DNA of 64,000 nt, from positions 32,001 through 96,000 of the IMG/VR virus record IMGVR_UViG_3300013099_000017; one strand, written 5' to 3'. This DNA is from a virus. Both the position numbers and the translations under genes were made by a program. Shown in pieces: positions 22,189-32,175 of the stretch (positions are counted from its first letter, which is position 1; every line of letters starts with the position of its first letter). The notes under the pieces were generated by a model that ran no database searches, was not told where the DNA came from, and was given only the letters and a program-made list of their open reading frames with translations.

Positions 22189-22587
22189 TCACTTGGGGTA
22201 TTAAATGACAAGTTGTAATGAGTGTAAAAAAACAGAAGAATGTCGTTATATAAATCTTGAAGAAACATGTTTAAGTTGTAAATTCGATACTATGTTTTTT
22301 AATTTTACTGATGTAGATCCATGCAATACATGTTTCCAAGGTTCAAATTATGTTGCATTTGTGGATTATTTCAATGATTAAATCTTCAATAATTAAACCA
22401 CTAATAATTGTAATTCTTGTTGCAATTTTATGTGGTTTAATATATGCTATGGTTGAAAGTAAGAAAAATACTTTCACATTCTTAGATTATCAGGCACGTT
22501 GTAATGATGCAGGTGGTGTAGTTGTTTTTACATTACCGGATTATACTTGTTATGAAAATCAAATAATAATTGAACGGTGAATCAATA

Positions 22588-22811
22588 ATGACAATGAATA
22601 GATTTATATTAAAAAATATAAAAACGGGACAATATCTTTGGATGTTGATCCTGAATCAGATCAAAAAATAAAACTTAATTTTACTGATGATATTAATGAT
22701 GCGTATTATTTTGATGATGAACAAATTTCATATCATCGTGAATATTATTTTGGTAATACAGATTATAAAAAATATAATCTTGAAATTGTTTATATTATGG
22801 GCGATAAATAA
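22588..22811 (+). pseudogene. Small ORF with apparent -1 frameshift near 22640
   Basis: MTMNRFILKNIKTGQYL then DVDPESDQKIKLNFTDDINDAYYF... in another frame, ending at TAATG overlap with next gene; 224 nt. Confidence 0.5.
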
Positions 22812-24089
22812 TGAAAAACGATATGTCAAAACTTGATTGGATTGTTGCTGGAACTATAACGTTTTTAATTGGTCTTGTGTTTATGGTTGCTATGATTAAA
22901 GGAGAGGCAAATAAAGAAATTTATGAAGATTTTAGTTCAGCCTGTTTAAAAGAAAATGGTATTGTTGTAAACAATAAAAACAAGATGGGGTTTGAGTGTT
23001 ATCAAAATCAAATTCTTGTTGATTATTATGATACATATAATAATCATGAGTAATTGGTATAAAGTCAAATATCTATTTTATAATGTATCTTTTGAAAGTA
23101 CATTAATTGCTGATAGCATTGAACAAGCTAAAACAAGATTAGGCAATAATATAACAATTATTGAATGGGAAATATTATGATTAGAATTATCGTTGATACA
23201 GAAAAAGAAAAAGAAAGATTATTAGAAGAATCTTTGTTTATTCATAAACAGAGACATATTGATATTAATTTTTGCAATACATTGGCTCATATATACACAT
23301 ATCCTGATATTATTGAAGTTACAAAAAAAGAGAAAACTGGTAGGTTTGTGTCATGATTACAGATAAAGCAATTGATACTGTAATGTGTGCGTTAGGATTG
23401 GAAAATTTTCTTAGGCGAAATATATTCAAACGTTGGTCAAATTATCAAGGTATCGTTAAATTTGAAGAAATTTGTGAACATGAAATTCAATGGTTTTTCC
23501 AAAGCCATTTATCAAAAAATATACATACATAAGGAACAAATAATGTTAATAAGAAGTGATATGTTATGTATGACTAATGTACAATGGAATAAATTTGAAT
23601 CCATTTTTGGTAAAGGTGATATTGTTGATTTATCAATAAAAAAATTATATGATGAAGTTGGTTTGATTTCATTTAAGACAGTATTAACAAATGAAGATGA
23701 AAATTTATTTATTCATTATTTATATCGGTACGATAAATTAAAAAGGAACACATGAAATGATTGAATGTTATTTTAGGTGGTGTGAACATCATTACAAAGA
23801 TGAACCATTTTGTAAATTAGATAAATGTGTTGCTACAAAAGAACAAATGATGAAATTTACGGAATTGAGAAAAGATGATTTAACCATCTTAGTAAAAAAA
23901 GATACCGAAGGGGTATTATGAAAGATCGAATGGAATATAATAAACGTGGTAAGAAATGGGTAATTACAAAACCCAATGGTGTGAATATTGCTTATACGTT
24001 TGATGAAATGGTTGAAATGAAAAACATTTTAAAACATTTAATTAAAATAGAACAACTTAACGAAATTAACAAAAAAGGGTAAATTTATT

Positions 24090-25076
24090 ATGATAAAAGT
24101 GGAAGGTAAAAAAGGTATTTATGCAGAAATAGTTGCTGATTCTGTAAGTGAAAATGGTGATCGATTAACAACATTCCGATTACATTATCCAAGAATAATT
24201 CATGCAGAAGTAATGACACATCGAATGTTTTCCCGAAATGCATCAAGTTCAAGAGCAATTCCAGTTAAAACAATTTTAGAACAGGTTAATGAAAATCCTG
24301 CAATGCCCGTTCAATTTGGTAAAAATAAATCAGGTATGCAAGATGATGGTGAACATGCTGAACTAATTCAACTTGATTATGTTGATGAATGTGGTGATCA
24401 GCAACTTCAATTTATTACTCCGGAAGAATTTTGGGAATTGAGTGCGGTTTCTGCCAGTGAATTTGCTGAAACATTTGCTGATGCTGGTTATCATAAACAA
24501 GTTTGTAATCGTTTATTAGAACCATATCAATATATGAATGTTATCGTTAGTATGACCGATATTGATAATTTTTGGCATTTGCGTTTACACAAAGATGCTG
24601 ATCCAACATTTGTTAATTTATCTGAATGTATGAAAGATGCTTATGATGAATCAATTCCAGAAAAAATAGTAGATGAAGATTATCATCTACCATTCATTGA
24701 TAAAATACATCCTATTGTCGGACTGACTAAATATTTTGCCGATGATATTGAAATTACATTGGAAGAAGCAATTAAAATTTCAATATCATTATGCTGTCAA
24801 GTAAGTTATCGTAAATCGGATTTCTCAATTGAAAAAGCAATTAAAATTTGGGATATGTTAGTAACAATGAATCCGGTACATGCTTCACCATTAGAACATG
24901 TTGCTAAACCATTTTCTGATGGTGAATACATTAAACGGGCAATCATTCAGGAAAAAATTGTTGAAGCTAAATTGCTTGGTATTGATGCAATGTATTGTGG
25001 TAATTTCAGGGGTTGGATACAATATAGAAAAGGTGTTAAGAATGAAAATATTTCCATTTTTAATAACTGGAAATAA
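24090..25076 (+). CDS. thyX: Flavin-dependent thymidylate synthase ThyX
   Basis: HAEVMTHRMFSRNASSSRAIP, NRLLEP, HASPLEH. Confidence 0.9.
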   Translation: MIKVEGKKGIYAEIVADSVSENGDRLTTFRLHYPRIIHAEVMTHRMFSRNASSSRAIPVKTILEQVNENPAMPVQFGKNKSGMQDDGEHAELIQLDYVDECGDQQLQFITPEEFWELSAVSASEFAETFADAGYHKQVCNRLLEPYQYMNVIVSMTDIDNFWHLRLHKDADPTFVNLSECMKDAYDESIPEKIVDEDYHLPFIDKIHPIVGLTKYFADDIEITLEEAIKISISLCCQVSYRKSDFSIEKAIKIWDMLVTMNPVHASPLEHVAKPFSDGEYIKRAIIQEKIVEAKLLGIDAMYCGNFRGWIQYRKGVKNENISIFNNWK

Positions 25077-25089
25077 ATATGTATATGTG

Positions 25090-25097
25090 TATAAATA
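25090..25097 (+). promoter_or_regulatory. T4 late-type promoter motif
   Basis: TATAAATA followed by ATCCAAAAGGAAA leader variant and ORF 25116. Confidence 0.45.
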
Positions 25098-25996
25098 ATC
25101 CAAAAGGAAAATATTATGAAAGTTGTACCAATGTTAAATGAAGTGGGGAATGTAGTAAAGAACCAATACACTTATTATTTTGAAGGTTGTTATATACTTC
25201 AATCATATGATCGATGGACGGTAAAAATTGAAGGGGATGGTCAAATTTATCTTGATGAAAAATCATGGGATGCTTCAAAAACTACTGCAAAATACAGAAA
25301 TCAATTTTTGAATATGGGTACAAATGAAATTCATGAAAAAATTAAAACTGGTGAAATTAAAGTGATTAATCTTAATGGGGATTCATCATGAGTTCATTTT
25401 CATTTGGTAATAAAGTAAGAACTATGCAACGGGCAGATCTTGAACAATTGGTTTTTAAAATGGAAGATCAATTATTAAATGTAATTGATGATGAAGCTCG
25501 TCTTAATCAAGAGGGGGAGATTTTACCTGCTGACAGACAACCTGATCATGTTGCTGAAATTATGAGGTTAATTGAATTTTAATGGATACTCATACATATT
25601 TTGGTTTATGTGCAGATCATGATTGGGAATTTTTCAGAAACTATTTTAATTCTGATAATAAAGAACAATCTTTGAATGGTGAAGAAGAATCAAATACACT
25701 ACTTTATCATTATCGAAAATGTAGTGTATGTCGTGATATTTATGATGCTTGGTATACCTTTAAAATTATTAATAAAGGTGAAGGCATAAAACCAAATTTT
25801 GATGATTTTATAGGGGATGTTTATGAAGGAGTGGAAAACTCAAACGGATGCTAATAGCAACAAAAGCTGGAACAATAAATGCACTAATTATGATTGTCCG
25901 GAACATGTAAATAATTATCAAGTTGGTAATTGTAGACTTGGTATAAATTTCAGGGGATGTAAGATAGCTAAAAAAGCTAAAAAATATTTTAAATAA

Positions 25997-26054
25997 TATC
26001 CCATTGTGTAATAATATAATCTGAATTGAGAGAAAACTTCCAAAAGGAAATGAA
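25997..26054 (+). promoter_or_regulatory. Truncated class A cassette with leader
   Basis: TATCCCATTGTG then TATAAT and AAAACTTCCAAAAGGAAA. Confidence 0.7.
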
Positions 26055-26269
26055 ATGAGTTTTGAAGCAAAAATTGCAGTCTTATATGATTTTGATGGAT
26101 TTCGGGCTAATGTTGTAGAAATCATTACCCGTAAAATTCAAACTATAGGACGGGGTTCAAAAGAAAAACGTTTTATTTCTTATAAGGGTAAACGTCAAGA
26201 TGTGTTTACTTTACCTAATTGTTATCTTGATACTACTCCATTTTGTATTTCAGTAAGGAATTATAGTTA

Positions 26270-26735
26270 ATGTCTAAACTTAATAAATTCAAAAAAGTTG
26301 CTCAATTTTTATATTCTATGGATTATTATTCGTTTGTGGAAATAACCCAATTTGATAATAATGATTCTATATATTGTGCTTGTAAATGGGATGAATTTAG
26401 ACGTAATCCACTTGGTGAATTCTTGGAGTATGATGAAGAACTTCAACAGCAATTTGTGGATTATATTAATAATGCAGTATGATAATGGTGTTGAAATTAT
26501 CCAAGATTGGCAGAGCATAAATAGTAATGAATCTAATAAACTTAATATTTTCAAGTCAATTGCACAATCATTATATTCAATGAGTTATGAAACGTATACA
26601 CATATAACGAATTTTAATGATGTTCATTATAATTGGATTCAATGGGAAGCATTTAGTCGAGATAGAATTGTTGAATTCTTGAATTATGATGAAGAACTTC
26701 AACAAAGATTTGTTGATTTTATTAATAATAAATAG
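26270..26735 (+). CDS. Tandem paralogous pair (26270-26482, about 26472-26735)
   Basis: FKKVAQFLYSM...EFLEYDEELQQQFVDYINN / FKSIAQSLYSM...EFLNYDEELQQRFVDFINN. Confidence 0.75.
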
Positions 26736-26845
26736 GTTGTAATAATGAATGAATATGTAGGAATTTTGGGTTATATTGAATTGTGGGCTATTGTCCCATA
26801 TACTCATATGGTTGTGTTTCAAATATCAGAATGGATTAAATTATA

Positions 26846-27169
26846 ATGGGAGTTTTTGGGGGACGTTATTCAAGTTCATGTAATCGACAATATGATCGTA
26901 ATGATAATACCGCACCAAATCCAAATAAATTTAAATTCAGTATTTTACGTGTAATTCAAGGTAAAAATGATTTAGTGTTTTTAGAAGTTCATTATCCGGA
27001 TTGTATAACATATGATGGTATTAAATATATTGTTATGAATTCATCTTTAATTGAATGGTCTAATTTTCACGAACTTGATCCACATTTTATTGAAGGAAAT
27101 AATGTTATAGCAAGATTTGCACCAACACAAGATGGTTATGGATATGCTATGAATATGATAGGAATGTAA
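26846..27169 (+). CDS. Conserved phage hypothetical protein
   Basis: PNPNKF..YPDCITYDG..LDPHF..ARFAPT pattern. Confidence 0.55.
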   Translation: MGVFGGRYSSSCNRQYDRNDNTAPNPNKFKFSILRVIQGKNDLVFLEVHYPDCITYDGIKYIVMNSSLIEWSNFHELDPHFIEGNNVIARFAPTQDGYGYAMNMIGM

Positions 27170-27322
27170 TTATGAATGGTTTACAATGGGAACTTGATTG
27201 GGTTTGGAAAAATCGTGATCAATATTGTTGTGATTTACATGCATTGTCTGTTATTGAAAATATTAAAAAACGGTATCAGATTAACAAATTAAAAGATGAA
27301 ATTGAAAAATTGAAAAAATAAT

Positions 27323-27402
27323 ACGCTTGTAGCTCAGTCCGGAATTAGAGCAGGGTGCTTCTAACGCCCGTGTCGAGGGTTCAAATCCCCCCTAGCGTAC
27401 CA
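27323..27402 (+). tRNA. tRNA-Arg(TCT)
   Basis: Cloverleaf: ACGCTTG/CTAGCGT acceptor, GCTC/GAGC D stem, loop CT-TCT-AA, TTCAAAT T loop, encoded CCA. Confidence 0.9.
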
Positions 27403-27404
27403 AA

Positions 27405-27644
27405 TTAATGTTTGTGTTGATGATCATCTTTATGTAAATGATCACCATCAACATGAAGATAACCATCAAAATCATCAAAGAAATCATCGTGATGAAGATA
27501 ATAATCTTCCAATAAATTATCATTTAACATACAATCACATTCACTATAATAAGTATATTTTGCATTTGTTGTTATATGATATCCTATAAAAAAGACTGCA
27601 ATAAGAAATAATATATATGTAATTTTCATAATTGTAATATTCAT
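27405..27644 (-). CDS. Small His/Asp-rich protein with N-terminal hydrophobic segment
   Basis: MKITYILFLIAVFFIG...LHHDDFFDDFDGYLHVDGDHLHKDDHQHKH; no competing + strand ORF; GAT-rich coding bias on minus strand. Confidence 0.6.
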   Translation of the reverse strand: MNITIMKITYILFLIAVFFIGYHITTNAKYTYYSECDCMLNDNLLEDYYLHHDDFFDDFDGYLHVDGDHLHKDDHQHKH

Positions 27645-28122
27645 GTTTATATTTATTAATTTACAAAAGTAGGAATTTACCTATACACAAATATGTTAAA
27701 GTGTGAGACAATTCACATATTGAAATAAAAAAAGAAAGGAAAATAAATCATGGCAAATTTTAAAGCTCGTTTTGATAATGATACTTTTTTGAATTTTGGA
27801 ACAGTTAATGAAATTGTGAAATCCAAATCAACCGCAGGTGTTTTTATTGAAAGTATTGAAATCAATCCCATTGAATGTGGGGTTTTAACTCCAATAACTT
27901 TTAAATTTCTGGCTTTATTTGAAACTTTAACTTTGGATATAATTAACCGTTTGGAACACGGTGAATTTGATACACTCTTAAATGAAATGGATAGTGTATA
28001 ACGAATATGATGGTCAGTATATAATGACATCATGTAAAATCATTTACACTAATGTAGATGGTTTAAGGGACTAACTTATAGGGTATGGATACCCACAAAC
28101 TTTAATATTAAGGAAATATAAA

Positions 28123-29205
28123 ATGAAAAATGTAATTTTAAGTGCAATTGTTGCACTAACGCTTGCCTCTGGTGTTGCGTTTGCTACTGGTTATGATTAT
28201 AGTGGTGGTGTTGTAGCTGGATCTCAGGGTTCAGGTGAAGCATCTTCGGGTGGTAATGGTCGAACAGGTGGAACGGTAACTCAATCCTCAACTTCTCAGG
28301 CGTATAATGAAACGGGTGCAACCGCTTCAAGTGTGAAAAACGGTGATAAAGTTGATGTGACTGCTACTACACGTTCTGCTGGTTTTACTGTACAATCTTC
28401 ACAAACTACTCAGCGTGGAAATGCTCAGGGGTCAACGGGATCGTTAGCTGTTCAAGGTGGTTCTGCTAATGCTAACGCTGATGGTAGTGTTCGTGATCGT
28501 GATGGTACTATTAGCTGGGATGGTAATTGGGGAACTGCTAACGCTTCGGGTGATGCTAGTGTATCGTCTAAGTCTGCTCAGGGTTCCGGTGGTTTAACAT
28601 TTTCTTCTGGAAATGGAAAATCTACATATGGTACTGATAGTTATGCAGGAAATGCATCTTATGCAGGTGTTGAAGTTGATGCTGATGCTTCTCGTAATGT
28701 GACAGGTGTGCAATTATCATCTTATGGTGAATCTTTTGGTGGTAATGGACAAATTGTTAATGGTACTCAGCGTGGTAATGCGTTTGGTGTAGCAGGGGCA
28801 ATTGGTGGTCAAGAAGGTTCTGCTCAGGGTAATGCTGGTGGTGGAATTGTATTTGGACAAGCTACTGGTTGGACAAGTGGTGTAGCAGGGGCAGGTCAAG
28901 CATCTAATGCTTCAAATGCTGATGTTAAATCTGGTGGTGTTGTATTTGGTGTTAATGGTGGTGATGCTCGCTCTATTACAAATACAGGCTCATGGAATGG
29001 TTCAAATTCCGGTGTAGTTGGTACTACAACTCCTGATAATAGCTTAACATCTGTTAATACATGGGGCAATGAAGGTGGCGGATCAAATTCCAACACTGTA
29101 AATCGTGATCGTGGCTTTGCAGGTGCAATTGGTGGTGGTAATGCTACTAATAGTGGTTATGGTAATGGTGTAGGTGGTTTCTCTACTTATGGTAATCCTC
29201 AGTAA
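28123..29205 (+). CDS. Secreted Gly/Ser/Asn/Thr-rich protein with three imperfect internal repeats
   Basis: Signal peptide MKNVILSAIVALTLASGVAFA; TQRGNAQG / TQRGNAFG / RDRGFAG; no Cys. Confidence 0.8.
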   Translation: MKNVILSAIVALTLASGVAFATGYDYSGGVVAGSQGSGEASSGGNGRTGGTVTQSSTSQAYNETGATASSVKNGDKVDVTATTRSAGFTVQSSQTTQRGNAQGSTGSLAVQGGSANANADGSVRDRDGTISWDGNWGTANASGDASVSSKSAQGSGGLTFSSGNGKSTYGTDSYAGNASYAGVEVDADASRNVTGVQLSSYGESFGGNGQIVNGTQRGNAFGVAGAIGGQEGSAQGNAGGGIVFGQATGWTSGVAGAGQASNASNADVKSGGVVFGVNGGDARSITNTGSWNGSNSGVVGTTTPDNSLTSVNTWGNEGGGSNSNTVNRDRGFAGAIGGGNATNSGYGNGVGGFSTYGNPQ

Positions 29206-29213
29206 AGGAAACT

Positions 29214-29253
29214 AATTTATTACACATCATTTAATCATGATGTGTAATAAATT
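29214..29253. repeat. 17-bp perfect intercistronic inverted repeat
   Basis: AATTTATTACACATCAT-TTAATC-ATGATGTGTAATAAATT. Confidence 0.9.
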
Positions 29254-29276
29254 TTAAACAACAAAGGAAATAAATT

Positions 29277-29900
29277 ATGAAAAAAATTATAGTGTTAATG
29301 ATATTAAGTATGTTCTTATTATCATCTAATGTTTTTGCAGATAATAACGGAAATCTTAATCGTGTCTCCGGTGAAACAACTTCTGCTAATGTACAGGGTG
29401 TTCAATCAGGATCATTATCAGGATCATATTTAGGTTTAGATCAATCTGATCATTCTACTACAACTATTGATGCAAGTGATTTAAGTAGAAGTGTACCAAG
29501 TGTATTTTCGGCAGGTGTTACGGCAGGTGGTTCAAATCCATGTATCGTTTCAGTTGGTGGTGGTGCTGGGTGGCAAGGTGCTGGATTTAACTTTGCAAGG
29601 GCTTATAATGATGGTGAATGTCAAGTTCGTGAAAGTTTACGTTTGATTGTTGCTATTTTGCCTAACACAAGTGATGTTGGTTCACAAATGTTAATTCGTG
29701 AAACAGCGTGTCAATCTGATATTTTTTGGCAGTCAATGGAGCGTGTTTATATTGCTACAAAAGATACCCGTTTTTTATGTACAACACCAAGACCAGAAAA
29801 TAAACCAATTGCTATTCGTGATCGTGTTCAGGAAGAAATTATCAGAACACAGGCTCCAAAAAGATCATTTGAATCTCAAAAAATCAACGATGTGTTTTAA
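29277..29900 (+). CDS. Secreted protein with four Cys
   Basis: Signal peptide ..LSSNVFA; PSVFSAG..NPCIVSVGGG..DGECQVRE..TACQ..FLC. Confidence 0.75.
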   Translation: MKKIIVLMILSMFLLSSNVFADNNGNLNRVSGETTSANVQGVQSGSLSGSYLGLDQSDHSTTTIDASDLSRSVPSVFSAGVTAGGSNPCIVSVGGGAGWQGAGFNFARAYNDGECQVRESLRLIVAILPNTSDVGSQMLIRETACQSDIFWQSMERVYIATKDTRFLCTTPRPENKPIAIRDRVQEEIIRTQAPKRSFESQKINDVF

Positions 29901-29912
29901 GGGGAAAATGAT

Positions 29913-30149
29913 ATGAAAAAAATATTAATAGCTTTATTTTTAATGTTCAGTTTCAATATTGTTAGTGCTTTGGAAGTTGAACCAGTTGATGAAAATCTTC
30001 CTGATACTGATACATCTGTATTAAAATCAAATGATATGGATGATCCGGTGTTTGGGTTAGGTGATAATTTACAGGGACCGAACTCCCATTTACAATATAA
30101 CACGATACCTGTTTCACAGGGTATGAAGGTTCAACAACCAAAGTTGTAA
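29913..30149 (+). CDS. Small secreted acidic protein
   Basis: Signal peptide MKKILIALFLMFSFNIVSA. Confidence 0.7.
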   Translation: MKKILIALFLMFSFNIVSALEVEPVDENLPDTDTSVLKSNDMDDPVFGLGDNLQGPNSHLQYNTIPVSQGMKVQQPKL

Positions 30150-30173
30150 GCGTGTTTGAAATTGTACGATAAT

Positions 30174-30203
30174 AAAAAACATCAAGTGATTGGTGTTTTT
30201 TTG
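30174..30203 (+). terminator. Rho-independent terminator closing the secreted-protein operon
   Basis: AAAAAACATCAA-GTGA-TTGGTGTTTTTT. Confidence 0.75.
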
Positions 30204-30206
30204 TTA

Positions 30207-30294
30207 ATATCCCATTGTGAGTATATACATTTATTAACTAATAAACGATACTATGCTTATCGTTTAAAGATAAATTTTCAAAAGGAAATAAATA
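30207..30294 (+). promoter_or_regulatory. Class A cassette
   Basis: ATATCCCATTGTGAGTATATACA; TATACA-17bp-GATACT; leader AGATAAATTTTCAAAAGGAAA. Confidence 0.8.
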
Positions 30295-30870
30295 ATGAAT
30301 ATTGTTAATGTTGCATTTAAAAATGCAGTTGTTGAAGTATTAGCTCAATATGGTTTTCGTTTAGGTTTAAATAATCTTGATCGCAAATACAATGTGATTT
30401 ATCATGATAATATTGATCGTTTCACATTAGAATATCGTGAATTTCATGGTAGAATCTCACTCCGTTTAGATGGTACAACAATCACAAACTCTCGTAAAAT
30501 TGATTATTATGAAGATGATGAAAAAGCATTAGTCAATCTTACTTCACGGTTGAAACGTATTCTAAAAAATGAACGTGAATATAATGAATTGCGTGTCAAA
30601 CGTGATAATGCAAATCGTGATAATAAAGCGAAAATTGCAGAAAAGATTGATGGTTTCAATAATCGCAAAGGTGGTCATAGTATTGTTGTTGATCCGGATT
30701 CATTGGAAGATGAATATTCTCAATTAACTGTTTTTTATCGTTCATACGAATTTATTGCAAAAGTTGATGAAGAAGGTCTTTTATTTACAAGACAAAATTT
30801 ATTAAATAAACCAACTGAGGATTTACCATTAGATAAGTTGACAGGTATTGTTGATATTTTGGTAGATTAA

Positions 30871-30945
30871 TATCTCTTTATGGGTATTCATTATTACATA
30901 ATTAAATGTAATAATGATTTCAAGATTAATTAATAGGAAATAAAA
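30871..30945 (+). promoter_or_regulatory. Degenerate class A cassette
   Basis: TATCTCTTTATGGGTATTCA after stop; TGTAATAAT. Confidence 0.55.
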
Positions 30946-31494
30946 ATGACTAAATTATTTACTGCTAAATATGAAAGTGATGAAGATGTTGAATCATTCA
31001 CATTAGAGTTTGATGAAATTGATGAATTATTGGCAATTGTTGAACCAATTGAAGATGATTATTTCATTGATCGGGATGATATTAAAATCACTTGGAATTC
31101 CAATGCTGATGAAGGTGATGAAATTGTCAAGTTTTTGTATAAGTTGAACGATCTTACAATGGATGAAATGGTAAACACTTATGATGGTGATTATGATGAT
31201 TATCTGGAAAATGGTGATCTCTTTTATCAATTCATGTATTTAACTGAATATAATTCATATGATGCTGAAACCGCTATGGAAAAGGCTGATGATGTTTCAA
31301 TTTATCAGGGTGATGCAGAAGATTATGTGGAGCAATTCACAAAAGATTGTAATGGTGAAATTCCACAATTTTTAGAGTTTTATATTAATTGGGAACAAAT
31401 GGCAAGTGATTTTGTTCGTGATGGTGAATTGCTTGAACTTGATGATATTGTCGGTGGTGATAACGTTTGGGTTACTAATGGTAATTCAATGTAA
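30946..31494 (+). CDS. ardA: ArdA-like antirestriction DNA-mimic protein
   Basis: Very acidic; C-terminal YQGDAEDYVEQF..EIPQFLEFYINWEQMASDF..DGE. Confidence 0.7.
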   Translation: MTKLFTAKYESDEDVESFTLEFDEIDELLAIVEPIEDDYFIDRDDIKITWNSNADEGDEIVKFLYKLNDLTMDEMVNTYDGDYDDYLENGDLFYQFMYLTEYNSYDAETAMEKADDVSIYQGDAEDYVEQFTKDCNGEIPQFLEFYINWEQMASDFVRDGELLELDDIVGGDNVWVTNGNSM

Positions 31495-31504
31495 TATTAA
31501 ATTT

Positions 31505-31579
31505 GGGTCTGTAGTTCAACTGGTCAAACGTGCCACTCATAATGGCTTATTTCAGGTTCGAGTCCTGACAGACCTACCA
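31505..31579 (+). tRNA. tRNA with CAT anticodon (elongator Met or Ile2)
   Basis: GGGTCTG/CAGACCT acceptor, loop CT-CAT-AA, TTCGAGT T loop, CCA; lacks initiator G-C triplet. Confidence 0.88.
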
Positions 31580-31735
31580 AATTGAAGGATTGTATTATGA
31601 AAAAGAATAAAACAAAACAACGTAAATTGCGTAAATGTGAACAGGGTATTAAAACAAAATCTCATAATCGGGGATGTAAATATACACTTGGTGCTAATGG
31701 ATTTGTTCCTTCATTTATAGCTGATTCCTTCCGAT

Positions 31736-31743
31736 TATAAATA
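31736..31743 (+). promoter_or_regulatory. T4 late-type promoter
   Basis: TATAAATA 27 nt before ATG 31771. Confidence 0.55.
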
Positions 31744-31770
31744 CAAGCATTATATAATAAAGGAAACGTA

Positions 31771-32175
31771 ATGAAAAATGTTTTAATAGCAATAGTATTT
31801 TTTGCAATAATGATTACTATTGGTCAAGTTCGTGCAGAGAGATCACCATTTAATGAAAATTATTATAATCGGATATGGTGTGCAGAAAAAGGTGGGGTTC
31901 CAGAATTCAGATTGGATGATGGTAAACGTGTTGATTGTTTGTTACCGGATTATGCAGTCGAAGCAGATTGGGCTAATTATAAAGCCTATGAATCAATTGG
32001 ACAAGCGTTACATTATGCAAAAGAAACTAACCGGAAGGTTGGTATATTGTTAATCATTAAAGATGAAGATGGTTTTAAATGGGTACAATTGGTATCAGAT
32101 AACCTTAAATATTATCACATACATAAAGCAAAGGTGTGGTATATTATTGCTAATGAGCGATTTACCTACAAATGA
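31771..32175 (+). CDS. Signal-peptide protein with PD-(D/E)xK-like nuclease motif
   Basis: Signal ..GQVRA; RVDC..YAVEADW..ESIGQALHY. Confidence 0.55.
   Translation: MKNVLIAIVFFAIMITIGQVRAERSPFNENYYNRIWCAEKGGVPEFRLDDGKRVDCLLPDYAVEADWANYKAYESIGQALHYAKETNRKVGILLIIKDEDGFKWVQLVSDNLKYYHIHKAKVWYIIANERFTYK

Larger units (their letters stand above)
18650..24080 (+). other. Dense array of more than 20 small hypothetical ORFs
   Basis: Coupled short ORFs in track and between them. Confidence 0.55.

Noticed and set aside
28123-29205. Gly-rich protein as a tail fibre or collagen-like protein
   Set aside because: It has a cleavable-type signal peptide and no Gly-X-Y periodicity, and it is not in a structural gene cluster.
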